Source: Bacteroidaceae bacterium
GTDB taxonomy: Bacteria; Bacteroidota; Bacteroidia; Bacteroidales; Bacteroidaceae
Assembly (NCBI GenBank): GCA_045631205.1
Contig: JAZQUI010000031.1
Span: 7,606 to 71,605, forward strand
Direction: 5' to 3'
Length of the DNA: 64,000 nucleotides
A program made the translations under genes and the position numbers. Of this stretch, positions 19,854 through 28,962 are shown one piece after another; within the stretch, counting starts at the first letter, position 1, and every line of letters begins with the position of its first letter. The notes under the pieces were generated by a model that searched no databases, had not been told where the DNA came from, and saw only the letters and a program-made list of their open reading frames with translations.

Positions 19854-21311
19854 ATGAGCAGTAAGGCAACCGATACACTGAAAAATGCCGTCGCAAAGAG
19901 TTTTCTTTGGGGCGGCTTAAGCAATGCTGTGTGCCAGCTGCTGACGGCTTTTTTCGGGGTGTATCTTGCCCGTCTTTTGGGCCCCGAAGATTACGGTCCT
20001 GTGGGTATGCTTGCCATCTTCAATGCTATTGCCACATCGTTGCAGGACAGTGGTTTTGTTGCGGCTATCGCCAACCGTAAAACGGTTTCCCACGACGACT
20101 ACAATGCCGTTTTCTGGTTCAGCATTATAACTTCGTTTGTTATTTACGGCCTGCTTTATGCGGGTGCGCCACTCATTGCGGAGTTCTTTAACCAACCGGT
20201 ATTGTTGTGGCTTGCAAGGTTCAATCTCCTTGCCTTTGTGCTTAACGGCTTTGGAGTAGCCTTTTCGGCCTATCTTTTCCGTGAGCTCAAAGTGAAGCAA
20301 CGCTCCATAGCATCGGTGCTTGCCCTTTTTGTTTCGGGAATATCGGGTATTTTGCTTGCGATGAACGGGTACTCTTATTGGGGTATATCGGCACAGGCGA
20401 TTATTTACACTCTTGTGCGCTTGTTGGTCTATTGGTACTATACTCCGTGGCGTCCCACTCTCAAAGTGAAATTTTACCCGTTGCGATATCTCTTTGCGTT
20501 CAGTTACAAACTGCTTATAACCAATATTTTCCAAAAGATTAACTGGAACGTTTTTTCCATTGTTCTTGGAAAGTACTACAACCGTGCCGACGTGGGTAAC
20601 TATTCAAAGTCGGCCGACTGGTTCCGTATGGGAAGCGATATGGTGAATGTGATGGTGAATACCGTGGCACAGCCTGTTCTTGCCAAAGTGGTCGAGGACA
20701 ACGAGCGTCAATTAAGGGTTTTCCGCAAGATGTTGCGCTTTACGGCTTTTGTGTCGTTCCCTCTGCTAGCGGGGTTGTCGCTTGTGTCGCACGAACTGAT
20801 AGTGGTGGTACTTACCGATAAGTGGGTGGAGAGTGCGCGTATGTTGCAGATACTATGTCTGTGGGGAGCATTTATGCCCATACAATCCATGTTCACGAAC
20901 CTGCTTGTGAGTTGCGGTCGCACAAACACCTTTATGTGGTGTACCATTGTGCAGGGAACGCTTGTGTTGATTATGCTTGTGGCGATGCATTCATTGGGTA
21001 TCAAGCCCATGCTTGTAGCTTATTGTCTTTTCAATATAGCTTGGCTTTTTGTGTGGTGTGTGCTTGTGCGTCGCGACATAGCACTCACTGTTAAAATGTT
21101 TATAATGGATTTTGCACCTTTTATGCTTGTCGCTCTTGCTGCGGCGGGTATTGCAGGCTATGCAACAATGGGAGTAGAGAACCTTGTGTTGTTGCTTTTG
21201 TTGCGTATTGCCATTGCTCCGGTGCTTTATTTGATAATATCTTGCTTGTGCGGCTTTGAGGAGTTGCGCGAGGCTTTTGACTATCTTTTTCGCAAGAAAA
21301 GAATGAGTTAG
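19854..21311 (+). CDS. MOP-superfamily polysaccharide/oligosaccharide flippase (Wzx-like)
   Basis: 485 aa with about 12-14 hydrophobic helices and a Wzx-like N-terminus. The ATG lies 1 nt after the metG stop. Confidence 0.8.
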   Translation: MSSKATDTLKNAVAKSFLWGGLSNAVCQLLTAFFGVYLARLLGPEDYGPVGMLAIFNAIATSLQDSGFVAAIANRKTVSHDDYNAVFWFSIITSFVIYGLLYAGAPLIAEFFNQPVLLWLARFNLLAFVLNGFGVAFSAYLFRELKVKQRSIASVLALFVSGISGILLAMNGYSYWGISAQAIIYTLVRLLVYWYYTPWRPTLKVKFYPLRYLFAFSYKLLITNIFQKINWNVFSIVLGKYYNRADVGNYSKSADWFRMGSDMVNVMVNTVAQPVLAKVVEDNERQLRVFRKMLRFTAFVSFPLLAGLSLVSHELIVVVLTDKWVESARMLQILCLWGAFMPIQSMFTNLLVSCGRTNTFMWCTIVQGTLVLIMLVAMHSLGIKPMLVAYCLFNIAWLFVWCVLVRRDIALTVKMFIMDFAPFMLVALAAAGIAGYATMGVENLVLLLLLRIAIAPVLYLIISCLCGFEELREAFDYLFRKKRMS

Positions 21312-21315
21312 AGTT

Positions 21316-22407
21316 ATGAAGAAGATTTTGTACGATAACCAAATGTTTACCTTGCAGCGTTTTGGCGGTGTAACCCGCTATTTCGCCGACTTGATGTATA
21401 ACCTCCCCGCCGATGAATTTACATCGGAAATACCGATGCGTTATTGTGAAAATCACTATGTGACCGAAACTTACGGGCACAAATACAAAACGGTGACTTT
21501 CCCCAATAACTATCGTGTGCGTCGCAGAATATACCAGACTGTTAATCGTTTTTATGCGTGGAGGGCAATTAGAAAAGGGGAGTACGACCTCTTTCACCCA
21601 ACATATTTCAGCCCCTACTTCCTTGGAGCTTTGGAGGCCAATAAAAAGCCTTTTGTACTAACTGTACACGATATGATTTTTGAGCGTTATCCGCAGGATG
21701 TCCTCATTTACGACCGCACTATCCCGCACAAGAAACTGCTCATTGAGAAAGCCGACCACATTATTGCCGTGAGCGAGAATACGAAACGTGATATTGTGGA
21801 ACTTTTGGGTACTTCTCCCTCTAAAATATCGGTAGTGCATCATGGTTACCGTGCCGTGTCGAGCGTGGCACCGCAGTTGTTCGATAAATATATCCTGTAT
21901 GTCGGCGAGCGCAAGGGGTATAAGAATTTCTTCCCCTGGTTGTCGGCGGTGCGCCCCCTGCTTGTGAAAAACCCCTCTTTGCGCGTTGTTTGCACGGGTC
22001 TTCCGTTCAGCAAGGGTGAACTTGAACTCTTCGCCCGCTGGAATATTGCCGACAGGCTTGTACACATTTCGGCTAGTGACGAAGAGATGGCTTCGCTTTA
22101 TCGTTACGCGCTTTGCTTTGTTTTCCCCTCACACTACGAAGGTTTTGGAATTCCCATACTCGAGGCTTTCAGTAACGGCTGCCCCATATGTTTGAGCAAG
22201 GCAAGCTGTTTTCCCGAAATTGCAGGTGATGCAGCGATATATTTTAACCCTCACGATGCCCAGTCTATGCACGACGCTTTGCAGTTGCTTGTGGAGTCGC
22301 CCACCTTGCGCGACGAGATGAGGCTTAAAGGCCTGCAACGTGTTCGTGAGTTCTCACTTGAACGTATGGTGCAGGAGACCTGTGATGTCTATCGTAAATT
22401 GTTGTAA
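21316..22407 (+). CDS. glycosyltransferase, GT-B fold (GT4-like)
   Basis: Has a C-terminal EX7E-type block (PSHYEGFGIPILEAFSNGCP). Confidence 0.85.
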   Translation: MKKILYDNQMFTLQRFGGVTRYFADLMYNLPADEFTSEIPMRYCENHYVTETYGHKYKTVTFPNNYRVRRRIYQTVNRFYAWRAIRKGEYDLFHPTYFSPYFLGALEANKKPFVLTVHDMIFERYPQDVLIYDRTIPHKKLLIEKADHIIAVSENTKRDIVELLGTSPSKISVVHHGYRAVSSVAPQLFDKYILYVGERKGYKNFFPWLSAVRPLLVKNPSLRVVCTGLPFSKGELELFARWNIADRLVHISASDEEMASLYRYALCFVFPSHYEGFGIPILEAFSNGCPICLSKASCFPEIAGDAAIYFNPHDAQSMHDALQLLVESPTLRDEMRLKGLQRVREFSLERMVQETCDVYRKLL

Positions 22408-22425
22408 AAGAAAAGTAAACTATAT

Positions 22426-24885
22426 ATGAAGGATTTGGAGTTGAAAAGATTTTATCCGCATCTGCTTGCGTTGCTTGCCTTCTTTGCCATTACGGGCATA
22501 TATTTTGCTCCCACAATGCAGGGCAAGGACCTTATTCAGGAGGATGCGATAAATTCGCGCGGTTGGGGTAATGACCTCTGTGAGTATTATGAAAAGACGG
22601 GTGAGTATGGTCACTGGTCGAACGCGATGTTCGGCGGTATGCCGGCAAACTATACCTATATGCCGAAGGCTGAAAATGTCTTTCGTCACATTGGTCGCCT
22701 GCTCACCCTTGCGTGGATGGGTGGAACTGGTCGTCACAATGGTTACATATTCCTCTCGCTTCTCTGTTTCTACATCTTCCTTATATCAATCGGGTGTAAC
22801 TCCTGGCTCTCCGTCTTGGGTTCCATAGCCTACACGCTTTGCTCCTACAACCTGATAATAGTGGGTGTGGGACATATGAACAAGGCGTTGGTTATGGCTA
22901 CTATGGCACCTATAATAGGCGGTGTGATAATGTGTTACCGTGGCAAGTTGCTTGCCGGCAGCTTTATTACGCTTGTTTTTGCCGGTCTTAATATATACTG
23001 GAATCACCAACAGATAAGCTATTATCTTTTGCTTGTGCTGCTTTTTCTGGCGGTTGTCTATCTTGTGTATGCTGTGCGCGAAAAGCAATTGGGCAAATAT
23101 TTAAAGGCGACAGGTGTTCTGCTTGTGATTGCTGTTTTGTCGATATTGCCATCGGTTGGGCAACTATGGCCTACAATGGATTATGCCGAGGAGAGCGTGC
23201 GCGGTGCGGCTGTGTTAAAGCCGAAAGGTGAGGTTGCAACATCATCGGGCCTTGACATCGATTATGCTTATCAATGGAGCTATGGTGTAGAGGAGACACT
23301 CACCTTGCTTATACCGAACATTTATGGTGCTAGTTCGCACTACAACCTCGGTACCGACTCAGAGACCTATAAACTTTTCAGCCGTTCTTACGGCACAGCG
23401 CAGGCAAAGAAAATTGTCAAACAGATGCCCGCTTACTGGGGTACACAGCCCTTTACATCGGGCCCTGTGTATATAGGTGCAATTGTATGTTTCCTGTTTG
23501 TGCTTGGAATATTTGTTGTTAAGGGCCGCGACAGATGGTGGTTGCTTGCTGCTACGGTTCTTACTCTTATTCTTTCGTGGGGTAAGAATTTCCCGTTGCT
23601 TAACGAGTTCTTCTTCTATAACCTGCCGCTTTATAATAAATTCCGTGCGCCTTCAATGGCTCTTGTAATTCCTTCGCTTACTATGGTTACTCTTGGCGTG
23701 CTTGCAGTGAGGGAGTTTGTGAAGAGCTGCCGTGAGGGTGACCCGGAGGTCAAGAAGAGACTTACCCGTGCATTGACAATATCTTTTGCGCTCACCGGTG
23801 GTCTTTCTCTCATCTTCGCCCTTTTTGGCGGTGGAATGTTCAGTTTCTCGGCACCCTCCGATGCTGCTTATCCCTCGATGCTCGTTGATACACTACGTGC
23901 CGACCGTGCTTCGATGCTGGCAAGTGATGCCTGGCGTTCTTTCGCCTTTATAGCAGCAACAGCGGTAGCGCTTTTCGCCTATATGCGTTTGTCGTTCAAG
24001 AGCCGTTATCTTTATATGGCGCTTGTTGTTTTTGTGCTTGCCGACCTTTGGCCGGTTGCTTGGCGTTTCCTTTCGTGGGACGATTTTGTCCCCCAGAAGA
24101 AGGTCGAGGAGTTCCTCCCCACAGCTGCCGACAAACTTATCTTGCGCGATACTCACCCCAACTATCGTGTGCTTAATCTTGCGTCGAGCACATTCAACGA
24201 TTCGCGTACATCGTACTTCCACAAATCGGTAGGCGGTTACAGCCCTGCAAAGTTACGTCGTTATCAGGATCTAATCGACAACTACTTCAGCGGCAGCATA
24301 AATATGAATATCGTAAATATGCTCAATGTGCGCTATGTTATTGTGCCCGGAGAGAACGATGCTCCGCAGGTACAGGTCAACCCCGACGCTATGGGCAACT
24401 GCTGGTTTGTCGATAACATTGCGTGGGTTGATACTCCCGACGAAGAGATTGCTGCAATAGGAACCGGCGACCTTCTCACCACTGCTTATATGGAAAAAAG
24501 CTGGCAGGACAAATTTGCTGACAGTGAAAAATATAATCACCCCGCCGACTCTTCTGCTTTCATTGAGATGGTGGAACTGGTGAACCCGGGATGCCTGAAA
24601 TACAAGAGTTACTCTCCTGCACCACAGCTCGCGGTATTCTCCGAGGTCTATTATAAAACGTGGAAGGCTTATATCGATGGCGAAGAGGTGCCTCTGCTGC
24701 GTGCCGATTACTTGTTGCGCGCTCTGCCTGTGCCTGCCGGTGAGCACGAAATTGAGTTGCGTTGTGTTGATGAAGTTATACTTGCTTCGGCCAAAATATC
24801 GCTCGTTTCATCGATAATGGTGGGCGCGATACTTTTGACCTTGCTTGTGTTTATGGTGCGTAAAAGCTTGAAAAACAAAGAATAA
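22426..24885 (+). CDS. YfhO-like polytopic membrane protein (putative GT-C glycosyltransferase)
   Basis: 819 aa with many TM helices in the first 550 aa or so, a soluble C-terminal domain and a final TM. The N-terminus resembles the YfhO family as I remember it. This was not verified. Confidence 0.6.
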   Translation: MKDLELKRFYPHLLALLAFFAITGIYFAPTMQGKDLIQEDAINSRGWGNDLCEYYEKTGEYGHWSNAMFGGMPANYTYMPKAENVFRHIGRLLTLAWMGGTGRHNGYIFLSLLCFYIFLISIGCNSWLSVLGSIAYTLCSYNLIIVGVGHMNKALVMATMAPIIGGVIMCYRGKLLAGSFITLVFAGLNIYWNHQQISYYLLLVLLFLAVVYLVYAVREKQLGKYLKATGVLLVIAVLSILPSVGQLWPTMDYAEESVRGAAVLKPKGEVATSSGLDIDYAYQWSYGVEETLTLLIPNIYGASSHYNLGTDSETYKLFSRSYGTAQAKKIVKQMPAYWGTQPFTSGPVYIGAIVCFLFVLGIFVVKGRDRWWLLAATVLTLILSWGKNFPLLNEFFFYNLPLYNKFRAPSMALVIPSLTMVTLGVLAVREFVKSCREGDPEVKKRLTRALTISFALTGGLSLIFALFGGGMFSFSAPSDAAYPSMLVDTLRADRASMLASDAWRSFAFIAATAVALFAYMRLSFKSRYLYMALVVFVLADLWPVAWRFLSWDDFVPQKKVEEFLPTAADKLILRDTHPNYRVLNLASSTFNDSRTSYFHKSVGGYSPAKLRRYQDLIDNYFSGSINMNIVNMLNVRYVIVPGENDAPQVQVNPDAMGNCWFVDNIAWVDTPDEEIAAIGTGDLLTTAYMEKSWQDKFADSEKYNHPADSSAFIEMVELVNPGCLKYKSYSPAPQLAVFSEVYYKTWKAYIDGEEVPLLRADYLLRALPVPAGEHEIELRCVDEVILASAKISLVSSIMVGAILLTLLVFMVRKSLKNKE

Positions 24886-25628
24886 TGGCTCTTGAACCCA
24901 AATTTTCCATAATAACCGTTACTTATAATGCATCACAGGTTATAGAGCCTACTTTGCGCAGTGTGGCTGCACAAAGTTACAGGAATTTCGAGTATCTGCT
25001 CATCGATGGTGCTTCTACCGACGACACGGTTGCAAAGGCTGTAGGCGAGGGGGTGGAATTTGCTCACATAGTAAGTGAGCGTGACAGTGGCCTTTACGAT
25101 GCCATGAACAAGGGCATTGCGTTGGCGCAGGGCGACTATCTCTGTTTCCTCAATGCAGGTGATTCGCTTTATGCTCCCGATACACTTGAACGTATGGTGG
25201 CAGCTCTCGATGGCTGCGACACACTCCCCGAAGTGCTCTATGGTGAAACTGCCGAGGTTGACGAGGAACGTAATTTTATTAGAATGCGCCGTCTTTCGGC
25301 ACCAGAAAAACTAACCTGGAAAAGCTTTAAGCAGGGTATGCTTGTATGCCATCAGGCCTTTTTCGTGCGTCGTGACGTGGCTCCGTTCTACGACTTGAAG
25401 TACCGCTTTTCGTCCGATGTCGATTGGTGTATAAGGGTTATGAAAAAATCGTCAAAACTCGTTAATACACATACTATCATAGTGAATTATTTGCAAAATG
25501 GTTTATCTTTGCAAAACCACCGCAGGTCGCTCATCGAGCGTTTTTCCATAATGAGCAAGCACTACGGTCTTTTCACAACCTTGTGCAGCCATTTGTGGTT
25601 TGCTGTGCGTGCCGTTATAAAACGATAG
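24885..25628 (+). CDS. glycosyltransferase family 2
   Basis: Shows SIITVTYNAS...LIDGASTDDT and a DxD region (FLNAGD). The ATG overlaps the previous stop (TAATG). Confidence 0.85.
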   Translation: MALEPKFSIITVTYNASQVIEPTLRSVAAQSYRNFEYLLIDGASTDDTVAKAVGEGVEFAHIVSERDSGLYDAMNKGIALAQGDYLCFLNAGDSLYAPDTLERMVAALDGCDTLPEVLYGETAEVDEERNFIRMRRLSAPEKLTWKSFKQGMLVCHQAFFVRRDVAPFYDLKYRFSSDVDWCIRVMKKSSKLVNTHTIIVNYLQNGLSLQNHRRSLIERFSIMSKHYGLFTTLCSHLWFAVRAVIKR

Positions 25629-25646
25629 AATTAAAAACTTATAACT

Positions 25647-27038
25647 ATGTTCCAGAAAGAGACTTACATCGCCCGTCGTGCCGCCCTGAAACAGAAAGTG
25701 GGCAGCGGCCTTTTGCTTTTCCTCGGCAACACCGAGGTTGGTGTAAACTATGCCGACAATGCATATCATTTTCGCCAGGACTCAACCTTCCTTTACTATT
25801 TTGCTTCCGATTATTCAGGGCTTGCAGCCGTGATAGATATCGATGAGGATAAAGAGATAATCTTTGGTGACGAACTTACCATTGACGATATTGTGTGGAC
25901 AGGCGTGCAGCCTACCATAAAGGAGAAGAGTGAGAGAGTGGGAATAACACTTACTATGCCTATGAGCTCTCTTGCGTCGTATGTAAAGGCTGCGCAGAGC
26001 AAGGGGCAGAAGGTACATTTTCTCCCGCCTTATCGTGGCGACCACAAGGTGTGGTTGCAGGAACTTCTCGGCATAAATCCCGCAGAGCAGCAAACTGCGG
26101 CATCCATGGATTTTGTAAAGGCTGTAATAGCTCAGCGTAACTACAAGACTGCCGAGGAGATTGAGCAGATAGAGGAGGCTGTGAACGTTTCGGTCGATAT
26201 GCACTGTGCTGCAATGCGTGCCGTGCGTCCGGGAACCACAGAGGCCGAAATTGTTTCGGTTGTTCAGGCCGAGGCTGCAAAGCACAACTTCAACCTCTCT
26301 TTCCCTATAATTGCCACCATAAATGGTCAGACACTTCACAACCACGCCTATGGTACCGAGCCTCTTAAAGATGGACAGATGTTCCTGCTTGACTCGGGTT
26401 GTGAGAATGCCATGCACTATGCCGGTGACCTCACAACCACTATGCCTGTTGGCAAACAGTTTACCGAGCAACAGCGCACGGTGTGCAACATTTTGCGTCG
26501 CGCACACGTTGCGGCGACCGATATGCTTGCGCCCGGAGTGGAGTATCGCGCAGTGCACCAGACCGTGCTTACCGAAATTGCAAAGGGTATGGTGGAACTT
26601 GGTCTTATGAAGGGTGACCCTGCAGAAGCAGCCCGTGTTGGTGCTGCCTGTATGTTCCTTCCTCACGGCCTTGGTCACATGATGGGACTCGATGTACACG
26701 ATATGGAGAACTTTGGCGAGCTTTATGTAGGTTATGAGGAGGGCCGTTCAAAGAGCACACTTTTCGGCTGGAAATCGTTGCGCCTTGCAAAGGCACTTGA
26801 ACCCGGCTATGTATTTACCGTTGAGCCCGGAATCTATTTTATCCCCGACCTCATAGACAAGTGGCGTGCCGAAAAGCAGTTTACCGATTTCATCTGTTAC
26901 GACAAACTCGATGCTTGGCGTAATTTCGGCGGCATACGTAACGAGGAAGATTACCTTGTGTTCGACGGCGGTGCCCGTCGTTTGGGTAAATACAAGCCTA
27001 TGGCTCCCGAGGAGATTGAGGCTGAGCATAACAAATGA
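25647..27038 (+). CDS. pepP: Xaa-Pro aminopeptidase (M24B)
   Basis: Pita-bread metal ligand blocks are present (LLDSGCE, HGLGHMMGLDVHD, FTVEPGIY, IRNEED). Confidence 0.85.
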   Translation: MFQKETYIARRAALKQKVGSGLLLFLGNTEVGVNYADNAYHFRQDSTFLYYFASDYSGLAAVIDIDEDKEIIFGDELTIDDIVWTGVQPTIKEKSERVGITLTMPMSSLASYVKAAQSKGQKVHFLPPYRGDHKVWLQELLGINPAEQQTAASMDFVKAVIAQRNYKTAEEIEQIEEAVNVSVDMHCAAMRAVRPGTTEAEIVSVVQAEAAKHNFNLSFPIIATINGQTLHNHAYGTEPLKDGQMFLLDSGCENAMHYAGDLTTTMPVGKQFTEQQRTVCNILRRAHVAATDMLAPGVEYRAVHQTVLTEIAKGMVELGLMKGDPAEAARVGAACMFLPHGLGHMMGLDVHDMENFGELYVGYEEGRSKSTLFGWKSLRLAKALEPGYVFTVEPGIYFIPDLIDKWRAEKQFTDFICYDKLDAWRNFGGIRNEEDYLVFDGGARRLGKYKPMAPEEIEAEHNK

Positions 27039-27044
27039 TGCGAG

Positions 27045-28571
27045 ATGAAGATTTCACGATTTATACCAAAAATATCTTATTCAACAGGGCTGGCTTTGCT
27101 TGCCCTGTTGGTGTTTGTATATATCTTCGACCGTAAGATTGATATAAACGGCGATAACTGCTACTACTATATTTTTGCCTCATCGCTTGCGTCGGGCAAC
27201 GGTTATACCGATATGCTTGGGAATGCCACGGCGCACTTTCCGCCGGGCTATCCGTTGCTTATGGCTCTTGTGCGCCTGTTTACCGGCAGTGTGGTGGCGC
27301 AAAAGGTTTTAAACCTGTTGTTCCTTTTCGGTGCAGTGCTTATGCTGTTCTACACTCTTGTTGCCGAGGGTGTTAAAAAATCGTTGGCCTTTATTGTGGG
27401 AGCGGCTGTGCTTGTGACACCGCACATCCTGGAGTTTTCAAGAATGATGATGAGCGAGCCTTCGTGCATATTCTTCATAATGCTTTCGTTGTGGGCTTTT
27501 GTGCATCTTACCACCGATAATAAAATAGAGTGGCGGTCGCCCTGGCTCTACATATTCCTGTTTGCAACGGTTTATACCTTTTTTATACGCACACAGGCGA
27601 TGGTCTTTGTGGGTGCTTTTGTGATGGCATTGTTGCTGGCGCGTCGTTTCAGAATGGCTCTTCTGTTGTCGGGTGCTTTTGTGGCGGGTTATGCGCCGTG
27701 GGCTTTGCGTAGTGCTCTTCTAGGGCTTGAACAGTCGCGTTATATACATCAGCTCGATTTTACAAAAGTCTTTGCAACTTTAAAGATGCTTGTGGTGCAG
27801 GTAATGCCCGAGAGTGTGCTTCCTCTTTTCAGGGTGCATTATGGTGCAGAACCCTCTCTCTTGCTCTACTTTATTGCATTCTCCCTTTTGGCTCTCACTT
27901 TTTTTGGCTTTTACAGGCTCAAGAGATTGCGTTTCGTGTTGCCGTTGTTTCTTGTTGGCAACATTGCACTTGTCTCCATAATGGACACTCCCAGCTATTA
28001 TCGCTATATGATAATTGTGTTGCCGGTTGTTACGGCAGGCCTTTTTGCCGGGGTGTGGGGCTTGTGCGATATTCTGTGTCGTCGCATATTGAAAAGAGCC
28101 TTTTCACCGTGGTTTTTACTTTTGCTTTTTGTACCTATGTTCTTCTATTGCAAGGACACAAGCAAACATACTGTCTGGGGTCTTCATCGAGAGGCGCGTA
28201 CCGGCTATCCTATTACTGTAAGAGCCTTTTTTGCTATGGGTGCCGAAGCTGCCACCCGTGGTGATTCCTGTATAGTTGCTTCGCGCAAGCCCGAACTTCT
28301 TTATGTACACAAGGGTGTGCGTGGCGTGCGTCTCAAAGAGAGTTATACAAATGTGCAGATAGTGCGCGACCTTCTTGCCGATAATGTGGATTTTATCATT
28401 CTCGAAAATATGGGCTTCCGTTATACGCGTGAGGTCTTGTATCCCTGTTTCAAGGAACACCCTGCATTTTTCGAGCCGTTGACCTATACTTCCACTCCTG
28501 TCAATGTACTATTTAAATTCCATAAAGAGCGCGCCCGTGTGTGGGTTGAAGGCTTTGGCGACGAGGAGTGA
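27045..28571 (+). CDS. ArnT/PMT-like polytopic glycosyltransferase (GT-C-like)
   Basis: 508 aa. The N-terminal TM is followed by a loop (DINGDNCYYYIFASSLASGNGY), then about 10 helices and a soluble C-terminal domain. Confidence 0.65.
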   Translation: MKISRFIPKISYSTGLALLALLVFVYIFDRKIDINGDNCYYYIFASSLASGNGYTDMLGNATAHFPPGYPLLMALVRLFTGSVVAQKVLNLLFLFGAVLMLFYTLVAEGVKKSLAFIVGAAVLVTPHILEFSRMMMSEPSCIFFIMLSLWAFVHLTTDNKIEWRSPWLYIFLFATVYTFFIRTQAMVFVGAFVMALLLARRFRMALLLSGAFVAGYAPWALRSALLGLEQSRYIHQLDFTKVFATLKMLVVQVMPESVLPLFRVHYGAEPSLLLYFIAFSLLALTFFGFYRLKRLRFVLPLFLVGNIALVSIMDTPSYYRYMIIVLPVVTAGLFAGVWGLCDILCRRILKRAFSPWFLLLLFVPMFFYCKDTSKHTVWGLHREARTGYPITVRAFFAMGAEAATRGDSCIVASRKPELLYVHKGVRGVRLKESYTNVQIVRDLLADNVDFIILENMGFRYTREVLYPCFKEHPAFFEPLTYTSTPVNVLFKFHKERARVWVEGFGDEE

Positions 28572-28609
28572 CAGATAAAGAAAACAGCATCAATCGATGT
28601 GTGGAAAGC

Positions 28610-28648
28610 GGGTTGTGCATATCAATGCATTGCCCCTTTTCTTTTTTT
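28610..28648 (+). terminator. intrinsic terminator ending the metG-glycosylation array
   Basis: An imperfect stem (gggttgtgcat / atgcattgccc) followed by ttttcttttttt. Confidence 0.6.
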
Positions 28649-28724
28649 GTGGAATGTTGAAAAATTGTACTTCTTTTATATATAGAATTTGATATAAAAT
28701 CACTATTTTCGCCAAAGAATAGGT

Positions 28725-28925
28725 TGCTTGTCAGAGTATGCCTCTGCACGCATTAAAAGGGAACGGGGTGAGACTCCCCGGCAGTCCCGCTGCCGTAAAC
28801 CTCCAACGATATTCTTGCGCTCATCGCCACTGTTTTTCGGGAAGGCTGCAGGAATGAGGAGCCAGCCGGAAGACCTGCCATTCATTAAAGGCTGTTGCCA
28901 CTCGTGGGGTAGGGCAATGGTGCGA
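28725..28925 (+). promoter_or_regulatory. cobalamin (B12) riboswitch
   Basis: Conserved core elements are readable in order: AAAAGGGAACGGGGTGAGACTCCCCGGCAGTCCCGCTGCCGTAA, GCCACTG...GGGAAGGC, and the B12 box AGCCGGAAGACCTGCC. It lies directly upstream of nrdD. Confidence 0.9.
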
Positions 28926-28962
28926 AAATTTGTTTCAAACTTCATCAATATTTCAAAAAGAG

